Below are positions 36,322-45,300 of a DNA stretch of 64,000 bases, piece by piece; the first letter of the stretch is position 1, and the number at the start of each line of letters is the position of its first letter. The notes under the pieces were generated by a model that was not told the origin of the DNA, did not search any database, and saw only the letters and a list, made by a program, of their open reading frames with translations. A program made the position numbers and the translations under genes. Origin of the DNA: Gemmatimonas phototrophica. Its GTDB lineage: Bacteria > Gemmatimonadota > Gemmatimonadetes > Gemmatimonadales > Gemmatimonadaceae. The stretch lies in contig JBEBRK010000011.1 of NCBI GenBank assembly GCA_040394885.1, positions 9,549 through 73,548 of the forward strand, read 5' to 3'.

Positions 36322-39180
36322 ATGCCAAATTCGATAGCTGAATTATTGGCGAAGCTCAGAAGTCTAGAGATTGAAATTAAGCTAGACGGAGAAAAGTTCA
36401 GTGTGAGTGCACCAAAAGGAGCACTCACACCAGATATTCAGAATGAGATTCGTGTCAATAAAAGCGACATAATCGCCGCCCTTGGCTCGCCAAAGCCTGG
36501 GACGACCGCAGGAGATTTATCGTTTTGGCAAAAGCTGCTAGCTAACTCTGCTGCTGAAATTGAAATAGCATTCGATAAGCCAAGGGGACTCACTACACCA
36601 CAATTCGATAAAGTTGTTGACGGATTATCAGCACAGGAACACGAAGCGCTAAAAGCAGCAGAACAGAAATTATCGCTCAAGGCAGATGTGATTTTGTTCG
36701 CTGCGTTTCAGATAACTGTAGCCCGACTCGCGTCCCACTACGATGTTATCAGTGCATTTTCTTCGGATGCGGAAGCCGCTGACAGTATCCCTCTACCTGT
36801 AAGAACGGATATATCCGAAAATCCGCACCTGCGTTCGGCGCTCAAAATAATAGCAGAAGCTGTTTCGACATCTCTTTCGCACACAACACCTGAACTATTG
36901 CAGTTTCTGGAAGCAGTACAGGCGTCGAGAGAGGTTTCGAACCTGCCGGCATTTCAAACTGCCTTTAGGTATGCCAAAGACGCCAAAGCTGCGGCACAAC
37001 AATCTGAGGGAAAACAGGAAAACGGGTTAACCGCAGATACAGCAACGGTTACCCAAAACCCTGATATCCGAAAGAACAGATTAACTGCAGATGCAGATCT
37101 TTCACTTTCAGTGTTGGATTGCGACGGAAAAGTTGAACTCTCCCTGACCTACAATTCAGCGATTCAGGAAGCTGCGACAGCCAGGCTTTTCCTGACGCGA
37201 TTCAAGATCGTCTTAAACGCAATCATGGAAAACAAGGATATTGGAATCCTGAACTTTCCGATTGTTACAGATGAAGAACGTGCACGAATTTTAGGAGATT
37301 GGAATCCATCTGATTCTGGGAATTGGGATTTCAACAGATGCGTTGGAGATCTGATATCTGAACAGGCACAAAAAACACCGAACAAGATTGCTATCACTGA
37401 TGGCGTCCGTTTGCTTACTTACAGCGAACTGGAAGCTGAAGCGAATCGCCTCGCAAACTACCTTATTGAAGTTGGAGTCCACCCAAAGAGCAAGGTTGGA
37501 ATCTGCGTCGAACGGTCACCAAACATCGTCATCTCTGCCCTCGCAATCTGGAAGGCGGGAGCTGCATATGTACCACTCGATTCAACCTATCCTAAAGATC
37601 GCCTGGCATACATGGCGGACGATTCCGCCATTGAAGCTCTCATAACAGAAGAGAGCCTGGCTTCACTAGTGGAAGTTGATGCGTCTAAAGCTACGATTGT
37701 ATATCTGGATAAAGATTCCAACAAGATTGCTTCGCAGCCCAGTACAGTACCTGATATCCAGCGTTCGCCAGACGATCTTGCTTATATCATCTACACATCC
37801 GGATCGACCGGACGCCCTAAAGGAGTGATGATACGGCATCTGGGAGTCGCCAACTTCATATTAGCTCTACGCGACAGGACCAACTTTAAAGAGGCTGATA
37901 ACTTCTTTTCGGTCAGTGCAGTATCGTTCGACGTATCCATCGCCGAATATTATATGCCGCTTATTACCGGAGGAACGGTTACGGTCGCTCCCTTCTCTCT
38001 TGCGGCTGACGGAACCAGGCTTAAGGGATTAATGTCCGAATCCAAACCGACCTTTATGCAGGCAACCCCTGCACTTTGGCGGTTGATACTGGACGCTGGC
38101 TGGAAGGATGGTAGAGGAATGACCATCTATTCCGGTGGCGAGGCACTCACAAAGGAGCTGGCGTACTCTCTCTTAAGCACCGGCGCATCCCTCTGGAACC
38201 TCTATGGTCCGACCGAAGTTTCTATTTATTCTCATTTCTATAATGTCCCTGAGAACGCTGAAAGAATATACGTCGGGCGACCGTTTCCCAATTATTGCGT
38301 TTATGTCCTAAACGAGGCCGGTGAACTTGCCCCTCCTAATGTATTAGGGGAGATTTTCTTAGGCGGTGTAGGTGTTGCGGTTGGATATTTAAACAGAGAT
38401 GATCTGACGAAAGAACGTTTTGTTAGAGATCCATTCTCGAAAGCCCCGAATGCCAGAATGTACCAGACTGGGGATCAGGGGCGGTTTAGCAGCAGCGGCG
38501 AACTTGAATGTACCGGCCGGTTGGATAATCAGGTGAAAGTCAGAGGTTTCCGTATTGAACTAGGCGAAATCGAGTCACAGCTTGCCACAGACCCGTCTAT
38601 TAAGAAAGCTGTTGTCGTGGTTAGAGAAGATTCCCCTGGTGACAAACGTATAGTTGCATATGTGCAGCCGACGACCGGTCGCTCAGTTGACCCGGAATCG
38701 CTTAAGCTGATGCTCGGCCAACAGCTCCCGCCTTATATGGTTCCAGCGTTATTCATGACTATGGACTCCTTTCCGCTGACACCAAGCGGGAAGGTAGACA
38801 GTCGGAATCTTCCGGTACCAAAGCTTCAGCGAAGCGCTGCTGCTCAGTTTATAGCCCCGACTTTAGGGTTGGAGTCAGAGGTCGCATCAATCTGGAAAGA
38901 GGTTTTAAAGTTAGAAAAGGTTGGTTCCAACGAAAATTTCTTCGATCTTGGGGGAGACTCACTGCTAGCGGCTCGTTTACAGAATGAGCTGCAGCAGAAG
39001 TATACAATTAACTTCCCACTGGTCGAACTTTTTCGAAGCCCAACGATTTCTGCCATAACCAAGTTTATAGATAGTACAATTGGTGGAAGCATGAATACAT
39101 CCGAGAGTAATAAACGCTCATTCACATCACAGGCCCGTGAACGTGCAATGTTGCAAAATCGTACGAGACCAAAGCATTAG
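36322..39180 (+). CDS. NRPS loading module: TubC_N-type docking domain, relic C-terminal half of a condensation domain, A domain and PCP
   Basis: Docking domain: LLAKLRSLEIEIKLDGEKFSVSAPKGALTPDIQNEI. A-domain cores: LTYSELEAEANRLANYL, YIIYTSGSTGRPKGV, YGPTE, YQTGDQGRF, GRLDNQVKVRGFRIELGEIE and PSGKVD. PCP: FFDLGGDSLLAARL. No HHxxxDG motif is present. Confidence 0.9.
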   Translation: MPNSIAELLAKLRSLEIEIKLDGEKFSVSAPKGALTPDIQNEIRVNKSDIIAALGSPKPGTTAGDLSFWQKLLANSAAEIEIAFDKPRGLTTPQFDKVVDGLSAQEHEALKAAEQKLSLKADVILFAAFQITVARLASHYDVISAFSSDAEAADSIPLPVRTDISENPHLRSALKIIAEAVSTSLSHTTPELLQFLEAVQASREVSNLPAFQTAFRYAKDAKAAAQQSEGKQENGLTADTATVTQNPDIRKNRLTADADLSLSVLDCDGKVELSLTYNSAIQEAATARLFLTRFKIVLNAIMENKDIGILNFPIVTDEERARILGDWNPSDSGNWDFNRCVGDLISEQAQKTPNKIAITDGVRLLTYSELEAEANRLANYLIEVGVHPKSKVGICVERSPNIVISALAIWKAGAAYVPLDSTYPKDRLAYMADDSAIEALITEESLASLVEVDASKATIVYLDKDSNKIASQPSTVPDIQRSPDDLAYIIYTSGSTGRPKGVMIRHLGVANFILALRDRTNFKEADNFFSVSAVSFDVSIAEYYMPLITGGTVTVAPFSLAADGTRLKGLMSESKPTFMQATPALWRLILDAGWKDGRGMTIYSGGEALTKELAYSLLSTGASLWNLYGPTEVSIYSHFYNVPENAERIYVGRPFPNYCVYVLNEAGELAPPNVLGEIFLGGVGVAVGYLNRDDLTKERFVRDPFSKAPNARMYQTGDQGRFSSSGELECTGRLDNQVKVRGFRIELGEIESQLATDPSIKKAVVVVREDSPGDKRIVAYVQPTTGRSVDPESLKLMLGQQLPPYMVPALFMTMDSFPLTPSGKVDSRNLPVPKLQRSAAAQFIAPTLGLESEVASIWKEVLKLEKVGSNENFFDLGGDSLLAARLQNELQQKYTINFPLVELFRSPTISAITKFIDSTIGGSMNTSESNKRSFTSQARERAMLQNRTRPKH

Positions 39181-39190
39181 CCATCTGACC

Positions 39191-42100
39191 ATGAACGCAT
39201 CCGAAAGTTCTTATCCTAATTCAGCTGTTGCAGTAGTTGGCATGTCTGGGCGCTTCCCAGATGCCAATAGTGTATCGCAGTTCTGGCAAAATCTTCTGGA
39301 TGGCGCGGAAGCACTGACAGACCTGTCGGATGATGAGCTTCTAAGTGCAGGTGCCGACGCTGAAAAGATCAAGGATCCGAACTACGTAAGAAAAGCATCT
39401 CTATTGAAAGGTTCGGAGATGTTTGATGCGAACTTCTTCGGAATTAATGCGCGTGAAGCGGAGCTAATAGATCCGCAACAAAGAGTTTTTCTGGAATGCT
39501 GCTGGGAAGCGATAGAAGATGCTGGTTATATCTGCGATAAATACCCTGGAAGCATCTCCGTTTATGCGGGAGCTGGCTACAATACCTACCTCCTTAGACA
39601 TATAGCGGGCAGCTCCGTTTTAAACGATCCCATAACAGCTTATTCAGCTCAGCTTGGGAACGACAAAGATTATCTGGCCACCCGCGTTTCATATAAACTC
39701 GATCTAAAGGGAGCAGCTGCCACAGTTCAGACCGCCTGCTCTACCTCTCTGGTTGCTGTGCAAAGAGCATGGCAGAGCCTGGTAGATTATGAATGCGACA
39801 TGGCTTTAGCCGGCGGCGTCTCGATAGCTCATCCGCAGACAGCCGGGTATCTGTTTATGGATGGAATGATCCTCTCGCCAGACGGACATTGCCGTCCATT
39901 TGACTCCAATGCGCGTGGCACCAGGTTTAGTCCAGGTGCTGGAGTAGTTGTTTTGAAACGCCTATCAGATGCTATTCGCGACAGAGATCAGATCCGTGCA
40001 GTAATTCTATCAGCATCAATCAACAACGATGGAGCGGGCAAGGTTGGCTTCTCTGCACCAAGCGTTGATGGACAGGCTGAATGTATTGCACTTGCTCAGG
40101 CAACGGCGGGAATCGACTCCAGCAATATCGAAAGTATCGGCTTTGTAGAGGCTCACGGAACCGGAACACAGTTAGGCGATCCTATCGAAGTTACAGCGCT
40201 TACGCAGGTTTTCGCTGAGTCCACCGACCGGAAACAGTTCTGCGCATTAGGATCTGGAAAGAGCAACATAGGTCATTTGGATGTGGCAGCCGGCGTTGCT
40301 GGATTTATTAAAACCGTGCTCTGTCTGGAAAACAGAAAGATTCCAGCAACTATCAACTTCGAAACACCGAATCCTCAGATCGACTTCGAGAATAGTCCGT
40401 TTTTCGTAAACACAAAGACTATAGACTGGAAGAGCAATTCACACCCCAGACGTGCTGCCGTCAGCTCATTTGGAATTGGTGGAACCAACGCCCATGCGAT
40501 TCTGGAAGAAGCGCCTGCACGTGAGTATTCGTTTCAGTTCGATGATGATGATAGCAACGCTGTCACACACACACTTGTTCTGTCCGCACGCTCTAAAGCC
40601 GCTCTTTCACAGACGGCTTCCAATCTGGCAGATCATCTGGACAGAGAGAGTCATCTTTCGCTGTCAGATGTAGCATATACACTACAGACTGGCCGCAAAC
40701 GATTCGAACATAGACAGACAATAACGGCCAACTCAATAGGTGACGCCATTTCAGCCTTGCGAGGCGAACGGAAGACCGGTGTTACCTATCTGGATGCTGG
40801 CAACCTCAACGACAACCCTCCTGTAACATTTCTGTTTAGCGGACAGGGGAGTCAGTACGTTGGGATGTGCCGAGATCTGTATAATGAAAATGCAACTTTC
40901 AGACGGTATTTCGATGAGTGCATCGCTGCGCTTCCGGCTTCATTTGGTCAGGATCTAAAAAGCACCATCCTTGGTTTTGAAAGCGGCTCCAAAGTATCGA
41001 CTGACGATAGCAGTGGCGGCAACAGTAGCGGCGGCAGCAGTGGCAACAGCAATGGCAGCAGTAGTAGCGGCAACAATCCAGATACAGCAGCAGCCAATAC
41101 GAGCAACAAACTCACTCAGACCAGCTACACACAGCCAGCACTATTTGCAATTGAATACGCCCTGGCTCGTACACTCATACATGCAGGTATCAGCCCAACT
41201 GCAATGATGGGCCACAGCATCGGTGAATATGTTGCTGCATGCTTGGCTGGAGTTATGTCTGTATCTGATGGCATGAAGCTCGTAAGTGAACGCGGCCGGC
41301 TGATGCAATCGATGGAGCCGGGCAAGATGGTGGCAGTACCGCTATCGGAAGCTGAACTGGCGCCGCTTGTGAACGAACCACTTACAATCGCCGCTATAAA
41401 TACTCCTGAGCTGTGTGTTGTTGCAGGTCCAGGCAACGCCATCGACTCATTTATCGAAAGCTTAGCAAAAAGAGAGATAGAAGTCCGGCCGCTGCACACA
41501 TCTCATGCCTTCCACTCCAGCATGATGGATGCAGCGATCGCTCCATTTATTGAAGCTTTTAAATCGGTTAATCTGAATACCCCCACAATCCCGTACATCT
41601 CAAACCGTACGGGCACATGGATAACTGCGGAACAGGCAACATCTCCCGAGTATTGGGCAGACCATCTGAGACATACAGTTCGTTTCTCGGAAGGTGTTAC
41701 CGAATTATCCAGGATTGACGGGATGGTTTTTGTTGAAGTTGGCCCTGGAAAAACTCTGGCAACTTTAACCCGTCAGTCGCTACAAGGGGCAAAGAACCAG
41801 ACAATCAACACAACTCCGCACGCCATGGATGACACTTCATCTTCGGCTGTGTTTGCAGAAAGCATCGGAAGGCTTTGGGCTGCTGGCCTGGAGATTAACT
41901 GGGATGCCTTTTATTCCGATGATCTGCCATATAAAACATCGTTACCAACTTATCCATTTGAGCGTAAGAAGTTCCTGCTGCCTCTCCGGTCACTTGGTGG
42001 TGCAGGAGTAGATTCTCTACAGAATACTGATTCCACCCAGTCTGCGGAGAATCATCAGAATTCATATGAACGCCCTGACATCAATCAGGAATTCATAGCC

Positions 42101-42364
42101 CCATCTTCTGAAACTGAGAAGTTCCTGGCAGAGACCTGGGAATCTCTTCTGGGGCTGGCATCAATTGGATCGGAAGACAACTTCTTTGAACTTGGCGGCC
42201 ACTCACTTCTGGCAACAAGTCTCATGACTCGCATACATCAGCGTTTTGATATGAGGCTTCCACTCAGAACTATTTTTGACGCTCCAACAATCAAGGAGCT
42301 AAGCCTCGTTATAGACAAACAATCTGCCCCACCAGATGAAGGCAGAGAGGAGATAGAGTTTTGA
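39191..42364 (+). CDS. Type I PKS module KS-AT-carrier protein with no reductive domains
   Basis: KS motifs: DPQQRVFLE, TACSTSLVA, EAHGTGTQLGDP and KSNIGHLDVAAG. AT motifs: GHSIGEYVAA and HAFHS (malonyl-type). Carrier: FFELGGHSLLATS. The ATG at 39191 is preferred because it lies 11 nt after the NRPS-1 stop. Confidence 0.9.
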   Translation: MNASESSYPNSAVAVVGMSGRFPDANSVSQFWQNLLDGAEALTDLSDDELLSAGADAEKIKDPNYVRKASLLKGSEMFDANFFGINAREAELIDPQQRVFLECCWEAIEDAGYICDKYPGSISVYAGAGYNTYLLRHIAGSSVLNDPITAYSAQLGNDKDYLATRVSYKLDLKGAAATVQTACSTSLVAVQRAWQSLVDYECDMALAGGVSIAHPQTAGYLFMDGMILSPDGHCRPFDSNARGTRFSPGAGVVVLKRLSDAIRDRDQIRAVILSASINNDGAGKVGFSAPSVDGQAECIALAQATAGIDSSNIESIGFVEAHGTGTQLGDPIEVTALTQVFAESTDRKQFCALGSGKSNIGHLDVAAGVAGFIKTVLCLENRKIPATINFETPNPQIDFENSPFFVNTKTIDWKSNSHPRRAAVSSFGIGGTNAHAILEEAPAREYSFQFDDDDSNAVTHTLVLSARSKAALSQTASNLADHLDRESHLSLSDVAYTLQTGRKRFEHRQTITANSIGDAISALRGERKTGVTYLDAGNLNDNPPVTFLFSGQGSQYVGMCRDLYNENATFRRYFDECIAALPASFGQDLKSTILGFESGSKVSTDDSSGGNSSGGSSGNSNGSSSSGNNPDTAAANTSNKLTQTSYTQPALFAIEYALARTLIHAGISPTAMMGHSIGEYVAACLAGVMSVSDGMKLVSERGRLMQSMEPGKMVAVPLSEAELAPLVNEPLTIAAINTPELCVVAGPGNAIDSFIESLAKREIEVRPLHTSHAFHSSMMDAAIAPFIEAFKSVNLNTPTIPYISNRTGTWITAEQATSPEYWADHLRHTVRFSEGVTELSRIDGMVFVEVGPGKTLATLTRQSLQGAKNQTINTTPHAMDDTSSSAVFAESIGRLWAAGLEINWDAFYSDDLPYKTSLPTYPFERKKFLLPLRSLGGAGVDSLQNTDSTQSAENHQNSYERPDINQEFIAPSSETEKFLAETWESLLGLASIGSEDNFFELGGHSLLATSLMTRIHQRFDMRLPLRTIFDAPTIKELSLVIDKQSAPPDEGREEIEF
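41008..41077 (+). repeat. Low-complexity Ser/Gly/Asn-coding tract in the KS-AT linker
   Basis: It encodes SSGGNSSGGSSGNSNGSSSSGNN from reiterated AGC/GGC/AAC codons. Confidence 0.6.
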
Positions 42365-45300
42365 CCACTGCTCAATTTATCGCCAGACTTAATGGGTTAG
42401 ACATTCGTCTTACCCGTAAGGGCGACAAATTAAGCGTGAATGCACCAGATGGTGCAATGACGCCTGAACTTCGTGCTGAAATAGCAGACCGCCGAGATCA
42501 ACTCCTCGCCTATCTGGGCACCGGGACAGATTTTGTACTCACTCAATCGCCTGATCCTACCGAAGGTCCACTGTCTTTTGCTCAGCAGCGGCTCTGGTTT
42601 TTATACAGATTAAATCCGCGGGATGTATCGTATAATCTCGCTGTAAGTGCTGTAGTGCCAGAAAGCCTCTCTAATGAAGAGCTTGAATCCCGTATCTCTG
42701 CACTGGTTCGTGACAACCACTCACTACGTACGATATTTCCCGAACGCGATGGTATTCCATTTCAGCGTGTTATAGAAGCTGAACCACATCTTTATATACG
42801 GGATGTGGATGTAGCCAGTGACGATATAGCCCGTCAGCGTGAAATTCAGTACGAGATTATGCGTCAGCCGTTCAAACTTGAGGCAGAAGTTTCAGTACGG
42901 TTCGAGCTCTTAAGACTGCGCGACGGCACCAGAATACTGCTCATTCCGATACATCATATAATATCGGATGCATGGTCGCTTGGAATTCTGATAGACCGGC
43001 TTATAGACGGGAGTTCGTCATCATCATCGTCGAAGTTTCAGTATCTTGACTTTGCAAACTCCGAACAGGCCTGGTTCGCATCACACGATCAGCAGGATCA
43101 CGCCAATTACTGGAATGAGATAATCAAGGGTCCAATACCGGCTCTTGAGCTCCCAACCAAGCCAGTATCATCTTCATTAACAGATGTAGTTGGCGATTCA
43201 TACCAATTCAAATTATCAGCAGAAGTCTCTGACAGGCTGAGGTCTTTGGCTCGCCAGAACGGCGTTACGCTATACAGCGTACTGCTCGGCATATTCAAGG
43301 TTGTCCTGCACAGATATTCAGGCCAACAGGACATACTGGTAGGTTCACCAGTTACGAATCGCTATAGTGTTGAGCTAGAGGATATGATCGGTATCTTCAT
43401 CAACACTATAATTGTGCGTACAAAGTTTGACGGGGAAACACCGTTCGCAAGTGTAGCAAAACAGATTCACAACTCGATGCTGGAATCTTTTGAACATAAA
43501 GATTATCCATTCGAAAAAGTTGTGGAACTTGCCAGACACAACAAATTCCCCTCCAATGCCTCGTTGTTCAGAACCGGCTTTATTCTAAACAACACACCCA
43601 GCGGTGGAAAACATCAGGATTTTACAGGCGGCTCTATCTTCGACCTTAGCCTGTACATGGAAGATGCCAAGGATGGGCTACTTGGAACATTAGAGTATAA
43701 TGTGAATCTGTTTGAGCTGGGTACGATAGAAAGATTTGCTGGCCACTACTCCACGCTGGCACGCGCTATCGCCAACCAGTTTGACGCGAAGATTAATTCT
43801 CTTGAGATTCTTTCTGATGCAGAGAGCGCTCAACTCGACAGCTGGAACGAGACAGCTAGAGAATATCCGAAAGATGTTACAACAGCACAGCTGATTGAAC
43901 GTCAGGCCATAGAACGCGCAAACAGCACAGCTGTTGTATCGAAATCGAAGCAGCTAACATATAACGAGCTGAACAGACGAGCCAATCAACTTGCCAGGCA
44001 TCTTCTGGAAAATGGTGTCTCAAGAGGCTCACTGGTCGGTGTGTGTCTCGACAGAGATGCAGCTATGCTCGTCTCAGTGCTGGCAGTATGGAAAGCTGGC
44101 GCAGCGTATGTTCCGTTAGATCCAACTTATCCTCAGGACAGGTTGGTTTATATGGCAGAAGACGCAAGGCTCGCAGCCATTATTTCCGAATCTAAGTTTG
44201 AATCTCTATCCAATACGATCGCTAGCGCTCCACAGGCTACAGTTGTTCTTGTAGATAAAGAATCAGAAGTAATAAAATCACGCAGCGACGAAAACCAGTC
44301 GCTCGAGCTATCTGCAACAGATGTGGCTTACGTCATCTACACATCTGGTTCTACAGGAAAGCCAAAGGGTGTTCTTATTGAGCACCGTTCTCTGGTAAAC
44401 CTGCTGTATTCCATAAAAGAGCAGCCAGGATTTGTTGAGTCGGATATTATCTTCTCAGTTACTACACTTTCCTTTGATATTGCCGGCCTGGAGCTGTACC
44501 TGCCGCTTATCTCGGGCGCGAAGGTGGTTATCTCCTCAAGACAGACACTTGCAGATCCGAGGGCACTCGCCCGAGAGATAAAGGCCTCCGGTACTACATT
44601 TATACAGGCGACCCCAGCGATGTGGCGCTTCCTCCTGGACTCGGGATGGAAGGATGGTGAAGGCTTAAGAATTCTTTGTGGAGGAGAAGCCCTGCCAAGA
44701 TCTTTGGCAAACGCAATTCTCGCTACAGGAGCTGAGCTGTGGAACGTATACGGGCCAACTGAAACTACAATATGGTCGACCTCTGTACTTGTAGAGAAAT
44801 CTGATTCACCTGTTTCGATAGGTCGGCCGCTTGCAAACACCCAGGTATATGTCCTGGATGAAAACAGCAACCGTTTACCAATCGGCATACCTGGTGAACT
44901 GTATATCGCTGGCGATGGCGTAAGCCGTGGATATTTAAACCGTCCGGACCTGACGTCAGAGCGATTTGTTGAAGATGTTTTTGGGTCAAAGAAAGCATCT
45001 ACTATAGACGAGGGTACTGCTATAGACGATGGTGCTGCGCAAACCAGAAAGATGTACAGAACTGGCGATCAGGTAAGGATGAATCCTGACGGGCAACTGG
45101 AATACATCGGCCGTCTCGATAATCAGGTTAAAGTTCGTGGTTATAGAATCGAGTTAGGTGAAATTGAAGCTGTTCTAGTTAAACACCCCGAGATTCAACA
45201 GGCCGTTGTGGTTGCACGTGAGGACACGCCTGGCGACCAGAGATTGGTGGCATATATCATCGGCAGCAATCGTGAGTTACAGAATACTGCGGACCCCGGC

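Noticed and set aside
39137-39190. The upstream start listed for the PKS ORF overlaps the NRPS-1 3' end by 44 nt.
   Set aside because: The ATG at 39191 lies 11 nt after the NRPS-1 stop. It gives MNASESS..AVAVVGMSGRFP, a normal distance from the KS N-terminus. The upstream codons are probably just open frame.
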